Below, in pieces: positions 8,263-19,455 of a DNA stretch of 64,000 nt. Source of the stretch: Candidatus Dasytiphilus stammeri (GTDB lineage: Bacteria > Pseudomonadota > Gammaproteobacteria > Enterobacterales > Enterobacteriaceae); contig CP145873.1 of NCBI GenBank assembly GCA_041941865.1, forward strand, positions 171,752-235,751, in the 5' to 3' direction. Under the pieces are notes generated by a model. That model did no database searches and had not been told where the DNA came from. It worked only from the letters and a program-made list of their open reading frames with translations. Positions within the stretch are counted from its first letter, which is position 1, and every line of letters begins with the position of its first letter. The position numbers and the translations under genes are program-made.

Positions 8263-11133
8263 ATGAAAAATAAATATTCTCCTAATAATATAGAGTTTCC
8301 TATATATAATTACTGGGAAAAAAATAAATTTTTTCAAAATAAATATAAATCTGATCAGGAAAATTTTTGCATTATGTTACCTCCTCCTAATATTACGGGT
8401 ACATTGCATATGGGACATGCTTTTCAACATACTCTGATAGATACTCTTATTCGTTATCATAGAATGCAAGGAAAAAATACTTTATGGCAGGTAGGAACGG
8501 ATCATGCAGGAATTGCAACTCAAATTATTATAGAACAGAATATCTTATTATCTACTGGTAAAAATAAAAAAGATTTAGACCAAAAAGAACTATTCAATCA
8601 AGTTTGGGAGTGGAAAAATTCATTAAATAAAAAAATATTTCAGCAAATGCGTAGACTAGGATGTTCAGCAGATTGGGAACGTGCACGTTTTACAATGGAT
8701 GAAGGTTTTACTAGAGCGGTTAATGAAGGTTTTTTACAATTATATAAAGATGGTTTAATTTATCGTGGGAAGCGGTTAGTAAACTGGGATCCAATATTAA
8801 GAACAGCTATTTCTGATCTTGAAGTGGAACATATTAAATCTCAAGGATTTATTTGGTATATACGATATCCATTAGCTGATGGAATGAAAACTTTACAAGG
8901 AACAGATTATATCCTAGTAGCTACTACGAGACCAGAAACATTATGGGGAGATACCGGAATAGCAATTAATCCCCTCGATGACCGATATAAAACATTATTA
9001 GGAAAGTTTGTTATTTTACCTTTAGTACATCGTCGTTTACCAATAGTTGCAGATAAAAGTATTAATATGTCTACTGGTTCAGGATGTATGAAAATTACTC
9101 CTGCTCATGATTTTAAAGATTATGAAATAGCGCAACGATGTAATTTACCGATGATAAATATTTTAAATTTTGATGGTACACTTCGTTCTTCAGCTCAAAT
9201 ATTTAATTCTCAAGGTAAAATTACTAATTGCAATTTACCAATAATACCAAAAGAATTTCATGGTTTATCCCGGATAGAAGCGAGAAAAAAAATTCTTTGT
9301 TCTCTTAAACAAAAATCTTTTTTGCAACATCAAGAATCATATGAATTATATCTTCCTTATGGAGAAAAAAGTAAAGCAATTATTGAACCTATGTTAACTG
9401 ATCAATGGTATTTACGTACTAGAGATTTAGCTAAAATAGCTATAGAGGCTGTCAAACAAAAAAAAATAATTTTTTTTCCACAAAAATATGAAAATATATA
9501 TTTTTCCTGGATGTCCAATATTAAGGATTGGTGTTTGTCACGACAGTTATGGTGGGGACATCGTATCCCTGCATGGTATGATGAACAAGGACAAATATAC
9601 ATAGCTAGAAATGAACAAGAAGTCCGACAACAAAATAATTTTTCTTCTAATATTATATTAACACAAGATAATGATGTTTTAGATACATGGTTTTCATCAG
9701 GTTTATGGACTTTTTGTACCTTAGGATGGCCTCAAAAAACTGATTTATTACAAATTTATCATCCTACTAGTGTTCTCGTAAGTGGTTTCGATATTATTTT
9801 TTTTTGGATATCTCGAATGATCATGCTTTCTATGTATTTTATGAAAGATAAAGATGGACAGGGACAAATTCCCTTTAAAAAAATTTATATTACAGGTTTA
9901 ATTAAGGATGAACAAGGTAATAAAATGTCTAAATCTAAAGGTAATGTAATTGATCCTTTAGATATAATAGATGGCATTTCATTAGAAGAATTAGTTCAGA
10001 AACGTACTAATCATATGTTACAACCTAAACTGGCTAACAACATTATATTACGTACAAAAAAACAATTTCCAAAAGGAATACAATCTCATGGTTCAGATGC
10101 TCTTCGTTTTACTTTAACTTCCTTATCTTGTCCTTCTCGTAATATTAATTTTGATCTAAAAAGATTAGAAGGATATCGAAAATTTTGTAATAAATTATGG
10201 AATGCAGGAAAATTTGTCCTTCAACATACAGAACAATATGTTGATATGTTAGCTTATCCTCCTTCTACAAAAAAAACATTATCCGATCGATGGATTTTAG
10301 CGGAATTCAATAATACTGTTAAAAAATATCGTAATGCTCTAGATAATTATCGCTTAGATTTAGCATCAAATATTCTTTATGAATTTACTTGGAATCAATT
10401 TTGTGATTGGTATTTAGAAATTACCAAAATTATATTAAAAAGTAATTCTCAATCATGTCAATATATATCCCGGATCACTTTAATAAAAATTTTTGAATCA
10501 TTATTACGATTAGCTCATCCCATTATACCCTTTATTACTGAATATCTTTGGTTACGTCTTCAAAAATTAATGGGAAGTAATAAATCTACTATTATGATTC
10601 AGAAAATACCTTCTTATATATCTTCAGCAGAAGATAAGTTAGCAGTAAATAAAATGGAATTAATAAAAAAAATTATTATATATATACGAAAAATTAAAAC
10701 TAAAATGAATATTAGCATGAATCAAAATATTGATTTATTGATCCGGCCATTTAATTTAAATAAAAATTATAATTTTTTTCAAGAAAATTTAGAATTATTG
10801 TATTCTTTTGCTCAAGTAAAAACACTTACTATTGTAAGTAAAAGGGATATTCTTCCTGTTATTCGGTTAACTCAAATAATTGAAGATATAGAAATTCATA
10901 TTCCTTTATCAAAAATTATAGATCCAAATATAGAATATAATAGATTATGTAACGAATTGACTAAATTATTAGAAAAAATTAATTATTTAGAAATTTTGTT
11001 ATCTAATAAACAATTTTTATCTTCTGCTCCGCAAGAAATCATTTTAACCAATCGAAGACAGCTAAAAATATTAGAAGAAAAAAAGAAAATTATTTTAATT
11101 CAACAGAATTTTTTTTCCAAAAATTCTAAATAA
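8263..11133 (+). CDS. valS: Valine--tRNA ligase
   Basis: 956 aa. It has PPPNITGTLHMGHAF (HIGH) and KMSKSKGN (KMSKS) motifs and follows pepA as in E. coli, minus holC. Confidence 0.96.
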   Translation: MKNKYSPNNIEFPIYNYWEKNKFFQNKYKSDQENFCIMLPPPNITGTLHMGHAFQHTLIDTLIRYHRMQGKNTLWQVGTDHAGIATQIIIEQNILLSTGKNKKDLDQKELFNQVWEWKNSLNKKIFQQMRRLGCSADWERARFTMDEGFTRAVNEGFLQLYKDGLIYRGKRLVNWDPILRTAISDLEVEHIKSQGFIWYIRYPLADGMKTLQGTDYILVATTRPETLWGDTGIAINPLDDRYKTLLGKFVILPLVHRRLPIVADKSINMSTGSGCMKITPAHDFKDYEIAQRCNLPMINILNFDGTLRSSAQIFNSQGKITNCNLPIIPKEFHGLSRIEARKKILCSLKQKSFLQHQESYELYLPYGEKSKAIIEPMLTDQWYLRTRDLAKIAIEAVKQKKIIFFPQKYENIYFSWMSNIKDWCLSRQLWWGHRIPAWYDEQGQIYIARNEQEVRQQNNFSSNIILTQDNDVLDTWFSSGLWTFCTLGWPQKTDLLQIYHPTSVLVSGFDIIFFWISRMIMLSMYFMKDKDGQGQIPFKKIYITGLIKDEQGNKMSKSKGNVIDPLDIIDGISLEELVQKRTNHMLQPKLANNIILRTKKQFPKGIQSHGSDALRFTLTSLSCPSRNINFDLKRLEGYRKFCNKLWNAGKFVLQHTEQYVDMLAYPPSTKKTLSDRWILAEFNNTVKKYRNALDNYRLDLASNILYEFTWNQFCDWYLEITKIILKSNSQSCQYISRITLIKIFESLLRLAHPIIPFITEYLWLRLQKLMGSNKSTIMIQKIPSYISSAEDKLAVNKMELIKKIIIYIRKIKTKMNISMNQNIDLLIRPFNLNKNYNFFQENLELLYSFAQVKTLTIVSKRDILPVIRLTQIIEDIEIHIPLSKIIDPNIEYNRLCNELTKLLEKINYLEILLSNKQFLSSAPQEIILTNRRQLKILEEKKKIILIQQNFFSKNSK

Positions 11134-11149
11134 AAGACATTAACTTTCT

Positions 11150-12175
<1,026 letters not shown>

Positions 12176-13101
12176 TCAACATCAATTATTTGATTTTTAA
12201 TATCCGTTATAATTAACTGAAATAATATTAATAATTAAATTATTTTGAATAAAAAATATTCTGAAAATATTATAGGATTAATATTAATCAAATTATAGTT
12301 ATAAAATTCATTTTTCCTTTCCAAAATATAGAAAAATTTTTTCCATCCACTGTTTGGATATCATATAATTTATAGTTTTCATACATAAGTTAAATACAAT
12401 ATTATAAATTATTTAAATTTATTGATGTTTCATCCTAATAATTCATCAATATTGGAGAAAATATGATCTCAATCATATTGATAATCATTGATTAAGCAAA
12501 AATATTTCTCAAAAGAAAAAATTTTACAAATACGTAATAATTCAATAGATTTAAGTTAGTAAAATTTTTTAGTTATCTTCTGAACAAAATTTGTGAAAAA
12601 TATTATTTAATCATTAATTAATATTTTTTTACTTTATTAGCAATAACTATTTCCTATAATAAATCTGCTGATATTACGATAAAGTAAATTAAATACTAGG
12701 ATGAACTGATTCAGTTAATTTTTGATACTGATAATTATTATCTAAAACTGATAATTTTCTATTATCCACTTTAATAGTTAGTTAATTTCTAATTGTTAGG
12801 ATGAAAGATATTATCTAATATTCAGACGTATCATATTGTATGAGTCCTAAAATAAATTTGTTATGATACTTAAGAAAATTATTAACATAACCATTGATTA
12901 CATTTGATAATTTTATCTTAAATAATTATGATTATTTTTTATAATAGTTATTTTTAGTGACAATGAAACATGATAATTACGTTATTACCATTTTGTACTG
13001 TATTTTAGTTTTTGACATTATAATTTATCTTTCACTATCGCAATAAATTCCATTTATTTGTTTTATAAAAATTTTCCATAAAAAGATTAGAGGATTCATT
13101 T

Positions 13102-13791
13102 TTGATAAACACAGATCATCTGCAGTTAATTTTACCTCCGAAAGATGAAAAAACTCTGCTCACTAGAGCTAATGTACTAGCTGGATTTACTTTAAATGAA
13201 GTAGCTGATAGTATACGTATAAAATTAAAATATCATAAGGGTTGGGTAGGTATGCTAATGGAAAAATATTTAGGAGCAGATGCGGGTAATAAATCAGAGC
13301 CAGATTTTACCAATTTAGGAATAGAATTAAAAACTATTCCAATAGATTTATATGGCAAACCATTAGAAAATACATTTATTTGCACAGTGTCATTATCATT
13401 AAAGATTATTGGAATGACTTGGAATAACTGTTCTGTCCGTAAAAAAATTAAACGAATATTATGGATTCCAATAGAAGGAAATAAAAAAATTTCCCTAGGT
13501 AGAAGAAAAATAGGTACTCCATTTTTCTGGAGTCCTACTGTTCAGCAAGAATATTATTTGCGTCTAGATTGGGAAGATTTCATGGATTCAATTACATGGG
13601 GGAATATTCACAATATTAGCGCTCGAAATGGTGAATATCTTCAAATAAAAACTAAATCATCTTCACAAAAATATTATACTCAAGGATATGATAAGAATGG
13701 ACAACGTATTCGTACCAGGACTCAAGGATTTTATTTCAAAAAAATATTTACTACGATGATATTAAAAAATCAATTTTTGAATGAATTGTAA
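13102..13791 (+). CDS. mutH: Methyl-directed mismatch repair endonuclease MutH (TTG start)
   Basis: 229 aa, the same length as E. coli MutH. KGWVGMLMEKYLGA, EPDFTNLGIELKTIP (D..E.K catalytic triad) and RILWIPIEG match. An AGGAT Shine-Dalgarno sequence lies at 13091-13095. Confidence 0.92.
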   Translation: MINTDHLQLILPPKDEKTLLTRANVLAGFTLNEVADSIRIKLKYHKGWVGMLMEKYLGADAGNKSEPDFTNLGIELKTIPIDLYGKPLENTFICTVSLSLKIIGMTWNNCSVRKKIKRILWIPIEGNKKISLGRRKIGTPFFWSPTVQQEYYLRLDWEDFMDSITWGNIHNISARNGEYLQIKTKSSSQKYYTQGYDKNGQRIRTRTQGFYFKKIFTTMILKNQFLNEL

Positions 13792-13833
13792 TTATTAGTT
13801 CTAAAAATTAGATATAAATTAAGTACCCGTAAT

Positions 13834-14562
13834 ATGTTTCACTGGATACTTGTTCCAAGTGTATGGATATCTTTAATTACTTTGATAAGTGTGGAAATTA
13901 TCCTCGGAATTGATAATATTCTTTTGATATCTTTTCAGATTTCTCATCTTCCTGATTCTCAAAAAAATCGGGTGTTAATATTTGGATTAGGAGTATCAAT
14001 GGTAATACGTATTATCTTATTAAAAATTACCACTTGGATATTAAAATTTCGGAATCCAATATTTACTCTTTTTTTGCATAATTTTTCATTACGAGAAATA
14101 ATATTTATCCTTGGAGGATTATTTTTAGTCTGGAAATGTTTTCAAGAATTACATAATACTATTTCATGCAAGTTTTATCAATCATCTTTTTTGTCGAAAA
14201 AAAAATCTTTTTCATTGAAAAAAATAGTGAGTGAAATAATTATATTAGATATACTTTTGAGCATTGATTCAATTATTACTGCTATTAGTATTTCTCAAAA
14301 TCAGTGGATAATTTTTAGTGCATTAATTATTTCAATAATATTAATGTTATTGTTTTCTAAAAATATAGGAAATTATATTAATACTAACATTTTTATAAAA
14401 ATAATAATATTATTTTTTTTAGAATTATTAGGAATTTTTCTTATCTTGGAAGGAATTTTTATCCATATTCCTCGAATATATTTATATAGTGCTTTATTTT
14501 TTTCTCTCGTTGTAGAATTTTTAAATTTTTTATATAGAAAAAATCATCTTAAATATCATTAA
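13834..14562 (+). CDS. ygdQ: TerC-family integral membrane protein (YgdQ-like)
   Basis: 242 aa and multi-pass hydrophobic. EIILGIDNILLIS, LGGLFLVWK and SIDSIITA align with E. coli YgdQ. It lies next to mutH as in E. coli. Confidence 0.85.
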   Translation: MFHWILVPSVWISLITLISVEIILGIDNILLISFQISHLPDSQKNRVLIFGLGVSMVIRIILLKITTWILKFRNPIFTLFLHNFSLREIIFILGGLFLVWKCFQELHNTISCKFYQSSFLSKKKSFSLKKIVSEIIILDILLSIDSIITAISISQNQWIIFSALIISIILMLLFSKNIGNYINTNIFIKIIILFFLELLGIFLILEGIFIHIPRIYLYSALFFSLVVEFLNFLYRKNHLKYH

Positions 14563-14615
14563 TAAAAATATCTTTTATATAAGATTAATCTTATTCACAA
14601 AATATACATTATATA

Positions 14616-15578
14616 TTAATACTCTATTACTATAGAAATAGTATCCGAATAATGACCAATATTAATATTTTTTTGTTGATTATTAACAGATACTTGATAA
14701 GTAATTATTTGAGGTCTACCTGAACCTGTAACACCTAATTTACTATTTTTATTCCAGATAATATTGGTATCAGGATGATAAATATTATATTGTATATAAT
14801 GACCTAGTCCATCAGACATTTGTCTCCATTCTCCATGAGAAAAATTACCATCATTAAACCAAATATTGAAATGTTCGTTTTTAGTACAACTTACAGTAAG
14901 TGTATTTATTAATGGTCTAACTTTATGTATCGAAGTGGTAAAGCCAAAATCAATATTATTAATATTATTTATTAAACATTCTTTTTCTACTACTCCATGT
15001 ACTTTAATAGTAGTAAATCCTGTTCCTTTCCAATTAGAAAAACATAGAAATAATGTTCCTACTCGACAAATAGAATATTCCCATTTTACTTGAAGAAAAT
15101 CTTGATAAAGACCAGAACTAACATTGAAATTAGGCTGAGTTTTTAAATATAGGGGAATTTCCCTATTAGTTGAAGCAAAAATTACTGATAATAAATTTAA
15201 TTTCTCGAAATTTATATCTTGTCCTATTTTATAAGCATACTGATAATCTTTATCAGGATATATTAAATATGGAATATATTCTTCTACCGAAGAATCTTGA
15301 TTTTTCATTTTCATATTATTTAAAGTAGAAACAATTTGAGCTTTAATAGTATTATGAGTTAATAATGTGGCATTAAATCCTGAACAAAATAAACCTGAAT
15401 TGCCTGATGATTGAATATTTCCATTTAGTATAGTAAATGAACTATTTTTTCCTAAATTTATATCTCCCGAAGAAAATGTACACTCTCCTCTGGTTATAAA
15501 AGGATAGAAAAAAATAATAATGGAAAATAATTTCAGATAATTTCTTTTGAAATATGAATTTTTAACTTTTACTGGCAT
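14616..15578 (-). CDS. Two-domain SCPU (spore-coat-protein-U) family pilus subunit, CsuE-like putative tip adhesin
   Basis: 320 aa with a signal peptide. The C-terminal half has the SCPU pattern (ECLINNINNIDFG ... LTVSCTKNE ... YIQYNIY ... GSGRPQIITYQVSV ... GHYSDTISIVIEY). It is the last gene of the operon, and its start overlaps the usher stop by 10 nt. Confidence 0.7.
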   Translation of the reverse strand: MPVKVKNSYFKRNYLKLFSIIIFFYPFITRGECTFSSGDINLGKNSSFTILNGNIQSSGNSGLFCSGFNATLLTHNTIKAQIVSTLNNMKMKNQDSSVEEYIPYLIYPDKDYQYAYKIGQDINFEKLNLLSVIFASTNREIPLYLKTQPNFNVSSGLYQDFLQVKWEYSICRVGTLFLCFSNWKGTGFTTIKVHGVVEKECLINNINNIDFGFTTSIHKVRPLINTLTVSCTKNEHFNIWFNDGNFSHGEWRQMSDGLGHYIQYNIYHPDTNIIWNKNSKLGVTGSGRPQIITYQVSVNNQQKNINIGHYSDTISIVIEY

Positions 15579-18010
15579 AGTTGTAATCCAGGTTGAAAAA
15601 TTTTATCGTGGGAGGTTTTACTAATATCCACTATTACTTTACACGTAGTACTATTATCTGATCTAGTAATAAGCAGAATATTATTATTAATAATATCTTC
15701 AATAAATACTTCTCCTTCTAACCCTACCCAAGTCATCTTAGAAGTACCTCTGATATTAACTAAACTACCTTGAGGTAAAAAATTACCATATTCATCAATT
15801 ACAGAAAAAACCGCTGATTGAGTTCTGTAGAAAGGAAATTTCACTATATAACCACTATGTTCCTTAACATTAAAAGTTTTACTTATTTCTGGTACCTTCA
15901 CTCCAAGTGGAATATTTCGATAATCAATTGTTATTGTAGATGGATACAATGAAGATACAGATGAAACTAAAAAATATCCCTTATTATTAGTTTTTCCAAT
16001 TAATCTATTTTCATAAAAAATTGGAATATTTGGATATCCATTAGTAGATACCAGTACCAACCCATCATTAATAAAAGGGGAAAAATTTATATATTTACCT
16101 ATAGCTACTACTGAACCAGTTAATTGACACCATATTTTTGAATAATTATTCATTCTATATAAACCTAAGTGACTAGAAAAATATTTATTTTTCCACAACA
16201 TTTCAGCCTGATTAAATAAATAATTATTATTATTTTTATAATAAGCAATATTCCATCCTATACCTTCATCAGAAGGAATACTTCTATTCCATGATTGACT
16301 TATAAAATAATGATTATCTTTATTAATTTCCGTTGTTAAAGATGTATTTCCAAAAATATTTAAAGGCATACTTAACATTAACTGTGCTTGATAACCATTT
16401 TGGGTACCTTTATATTTATTAATAGAAGTCCATAAATTCAAATTTTTACCTAAAGAAGTACTATAAGAAAGAGTAAATTCTTGTAATTTAGTTTTACTTT
16501 TTTCTATAGTTTGCAAAAAACTCATACTCACATTACTACATGTACTTAAATGAAGGTTACCATTTATTTGAAAAAAATGTTTACCTAAATTATACTTAGG
16601 TATAATATTAGTTTGATAATTGTATAATTCAATATAATTACCAGTACGGTAGCTATATTGAGTATTGAAACTTAATAAACTATTATAAGATGTATATCCT
16701 AAGTTGATCTGTTGTCCTGAATAGTTACAATTTAGTGATCTACATTGACCTGAATTTAGATTACTTTGTAATAAAAAATTTGTCGGTTTATTTTTTTGTG
16801 AAAAATTACTTTTACTCCATGAAAAATTAATTAATCCTAATAAAAAAAATTTTATATCACCTCCTAGTCCTAGATTATAAAAATTTTTAGTACTTTCGCC
16901 TATTATATTTACTGTCATCCATGGTAATAAACCATATCTTATATATCCACTAAGAGCCATATCAGAAGTATAATTAAAAGATTTGATTCCGTAATTAAGA
17001 CGTAAATATCCTAATGATAAACTAAAATCAGTTAACCCGACATTAAGTAAATTGGTATCTATATACAAAGGAATTTGTACACGTTTCGATCTACCTAATC
17101 TATCAGATGTTAGTATAGTAGCAATATTATACCCATTGAAATATCCTAAATTATTTACCAATGTAAATCTTCCTGGATTTATTAACCGAGAAAAAATTTT
17201 CGAATGATTAAGATATACATCTAATATACTAGGCATATTTGCATATCCTTTCATTTTAGGTAGATAATATGTAATGAAGTAAGGATGAAGACTAAATTTG
17301 CGTGATACTTTAATACCTGCCATTCTTACTGGAGAAAATCCGCTAAGAATATCTGTATTATAATCACCAATTATATAATTTAACATATGTTTTTGGTTAT
17401 TTAGACTGATTTGAGTATCATTACGAATGTAATATGATTGTATATTTGTATGTAACTGATGAATGGTTAAGATTCCAGTAGTAGAGAATACACCTATGTT
17501 ATTAAATAATCGTATTTCTGACCATAATGACGAATTTCCATTTTGATTATTATTGAATGATGTAAAATTCCAATTATAATTTAATAGTGCGCCAAAGGTG
17601 CTTTGTGCTGGTTTTTGATTTTTTATCAAATTATTTTGAAAAATTATTGTTTTTTCTGGTAACCAAAAATAAGGTACATCTAGAAATAATCTTTGCATTG
17701 GTTGATCATATTTAGTAATAAAATTTTTTACTAAATCTACAGGTAACTCATTTTTAATAAAATTTAGTTCTATTTTTTTAATTTGGTTGGAATTCAATCC
17801 TATTTTATTTAAAGATTCTCTCGCCATATAAAAATGGCGAGAATTATATTTTACTGGTAATATTTGTATACTGTCATTACCATTTATTACTAATTGTAAA
17901 TATAATTGAGTACTAGAAGATAAAAAATTTTTATTTATTTTACCTTCAACATCATTGATAAAAAAAAATACTAAAAATAGTAACCACTCAATTATTCTGG
18001 AAAATTTCAT
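15569..18010 (-). CDS. Fimbrial outer-membrane usher (CsuD-like)
   Basis: 813 aa with a signal peptide. Composition is rich in beta-strand-type Y/N/G/S residues. It lies between a PapD-like chaperone gene and pilus subunit genes, and its size is typical of ushers. Confidence 0.8.
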   Translation of the reverse strand: MKFSRIIEWLLFLVFFFINDVEGKINKNFLSSSTQLYLQLVINGNDSIQILPVKYNSRHFYMARESLNKIGLNSNQIKKIELNFIKNELPVDLVKNFITKYDQPMQRLFLDVPYFWLPEKTIIFQNNLIKNQKPAQSTFGALLNYNWNFTSFNNNQNGNSSLWSEIRLFNNIGVFSTTGILTIHQLHTNIQSYYIRNDTQISLNNQKHMLNYIIGDYNTDILSGFSPVRMAGIKVSRKFSLHPYFITYYLPKMKGYANMPSILDVYLNHSKIFSRLINPGRFTLVNNLGYFNGYNIATILTSDRLGRSKRVQIPLYIDTNLLNVGLTDFSLSLGYLRLNYGIKSFNYTSDMALSGYIRYGLLPWMTVNIIGESTKNFYNLGLGGDIKFFLLGLINFSWSKSNFSQKNKPTNFLLQSNLNSGQCRSLNCNYSGQQINLGYTSYNSLLSFNTQYSYRTGNYIELYNYQTNIIPKYNLGKHFFQINGNLHLSTCSNVSMSFLQTIEKSKTKLQEFTLSYSTSLGKNLNLWTSINKYKGTQNGYQAQLMLSMPLNIFGNTSLTTEINKDNHYFISQSWNRSIPSDEGIGWNIAYYKNNNNYLFNQAEMLWKNKYFSSHLGLYRMNNYSKIWCQLTGSVVAIGKYINFSPFINDGLVLVSTNGYPNIPIFYENRLIGKTNNKGYFLVSSVSSLYPSTITIDYRNIPLGVKVPEISKTFNVKEHSGYIVKFPFYRTQSAVFSVIDEYGNFLPQGSLVNIRGTSKMTWVGLEGEVFIEDIINNNILLITRSDNSTTCKVIVDISKTSHDKIFQPGLQLCQ

Positions 18011-18034
18011 TGTTTGATGAAAATATCTGCAAAA

Positions 18035-18829
18035 TTATTGTTGTTTAATGGAAATAAAAAATGGAATTGTTTGAATTTTTTCTTGATTATTAATTCTGGC
18101 CGTTAAAATTTCACTTCCTGTTAACGATTGAGAAATCGGAAAACTAATTTCATTGCCAGGTAGAATATAACCTAAAAATTCTTCCTTCATTAAATATTGA
18201 TTTTTCTTATCTTTAAAGTCAACTTCACTAAGTTTAGCATGCACATATCCATCATTACGAATATGTAAGTATTGTTTATTATTTTTATTAATAATGTAAT
18301 AATGTAATTTAGGAGAAAAAATACTTAAATTATTATCCAAAGGATAAATAGTATTTGATGAAGATTGAATGTTAGGTCCATATCCAAAGAAGGGGATAGA
18401 GTAACGAATTTGTAATTTTAATTTATTTTTTTGTTGATTAATATCTTTCAAATCATTTAATCGAGGAATTTCATCAATTATTATACGATATGATCTTTCT
18501 TCATATGGAAGAGGATTAATAATTTTCACTAACCGTATTAACTGTTTATGATGAGACTTAATCAATACTATCGGTGGACTTACTAATATATCATTTTGTT
18601 TTTTTAATAAAAAATTATTATTTTTTTGTTTCCAGCTATAAATTCTAATTTGTAATAAAATATCTTGTTTATCTAAATTTTCTAACCATAATGAAGTAGT
18701 ATTATCTTTATATTCAATAATAGGATCAATGGGCCAAATATTTACTGATGCAGCCGAAACTACTGTAATACAGTTTACGATAATAAATATCACTATCAAC
18801 CATAATGTTAATCTTATTTTATAATCCAT
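18035..18829 (-). CDS. Periplasmic pilus chaperone (PapD-like, CsuC-like)
   Basis: 264 aa with a signal peptide. VNIWPIDPII, LWLENLDKQDILLQIRIYSW, LVSPPIVLIKSHHKQLIRLV, ERSYRIIIDEIP and IRYSIPFF fit the chaperone N-terminal-domain pattern. Confidence 0.8.
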   Translation of the reverse strand: MDYKIRLTLWLIVIFIIVNCITVVSAASVNIWPIDPIIEYKDNTTSLWLENLDKQDILLQIRIYSWKQKNNNFLLKKQNDILVSPPIVLIKSHHKQLIRLVKIINPLPYEERSYRIIIDEIPRLNDLKDINQQKNKLKLQIRYSIPFFGYGPNIQSSSNTIYPLDNNLSIFSPKLHYYIINKNNKQYLHIRNDGYVHAKLSEVDFKDKKNQYLMKEEFLGYILPGNEISFPISQSLTGSEILTARINNQEKIQTIPFFISIKQQ

Positions 18830-18882
18830 ACACTGATTTGCTCCAGACCTATTTAATATTTGTTGAAGTTAAAAATTATTTT

Positions 18883-19386
18883 TTACCAGCTAACTGTAAT
18901 AGTTAAAATATCTAGATATTTTCCGGCACTAGGAACAGGTTGTTTAGGTACTCGACCATAAATTACTAACGGCATATTTTGTCCCGTTCCTTTTTTACTT
19001 ATAATTTCATCACTATTCCATAATAAAGAATATGCGGCATCTTTATATAAATCATATTTTATAAATTCATTTTTTTCTCCTTTCATTCTTCTTTGTGGTC
19101 CTTCAGGTTGTAATCCATTATTGACCTTGAGATGAAAAGATACTCCTTTTGTACAATTTACAGATATAATATTGACTGGTTTTGAGGTAGTAGTTGTATC
19201 TATTAAATTATTAATATTTGGATGTTCCCCAAAATCTAAATTACCAAAGGTTAATTCCTGTTCTCCAGTAATTTCACAACCATTACCTATAATCATATGA
19301 ACTCCAATATTTCCTGATATTTGTCCACTTGCATAAAGTGAGGTGGAAAAAAATAAACTAATGATCAATATTAATATTTTATTCAT
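18883..19386 (-). CDS. SCPU-domain major pilin (CsuA/B-like)
   Basis: 167 aa with a signal peptide (MNKILILIISLFFSTSLYA). GCEIT..LTFGNLDFG, ISVNCTKGVSFHL, IKYDLYKDAAY, GTGQNMPLVIYGRVP and SAGKYLDILTITVSW fit the SCPU consensus. Confidence 0.8.
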   Translation of the reverse strand: MNKILILIISLFFSTSLYASGQISGNIGVHMIIGNGCEITGEQELTFGNLDFGEHPNINNLIDTTTTSKPVNIISVNCTKGVSFHLKVNNGLQPEGPQRRMKGEKNEFIKYDLYKDAAYSLLWNSDEIISKKGTGQNMPLVIYGRVPKQPVPSAGKYLDILTITVSW

Positions 19387-19455
19387 AGATTTTTATTTTT
19401 TTTAAAAGTATATATTTAATACTAATTATAGTATTTCTTGCGCATAAAAATTATT

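Noticed and set aside
12471-12494. A Fur-box-like sequence (cATAtTGATAATCATTgat, about 14/19 matches to GATAATGATAATCATTATC), plus the nearby repeated ACTGATAATT at 12727-12736 and 12747-12756.
   Set aside because: The Fur consensus is itself AT-rich, so partial matches are expected by chance at about 75% A+T. The site is over 300 bp from gapA and about 600 bp from mutH, neither of which is a plausible Fur target.
12762-12770. An 8/9 match to the DnaA box (TTATCCACT versus TTATCCACA). A 7/9 match also lies at about 33856 upstream of dnaN.
   Set aside because: These are single, isolated near-matches of the kind expected by chance in 128 kb of two-strand sequence. They do not form an origin-like cluster.
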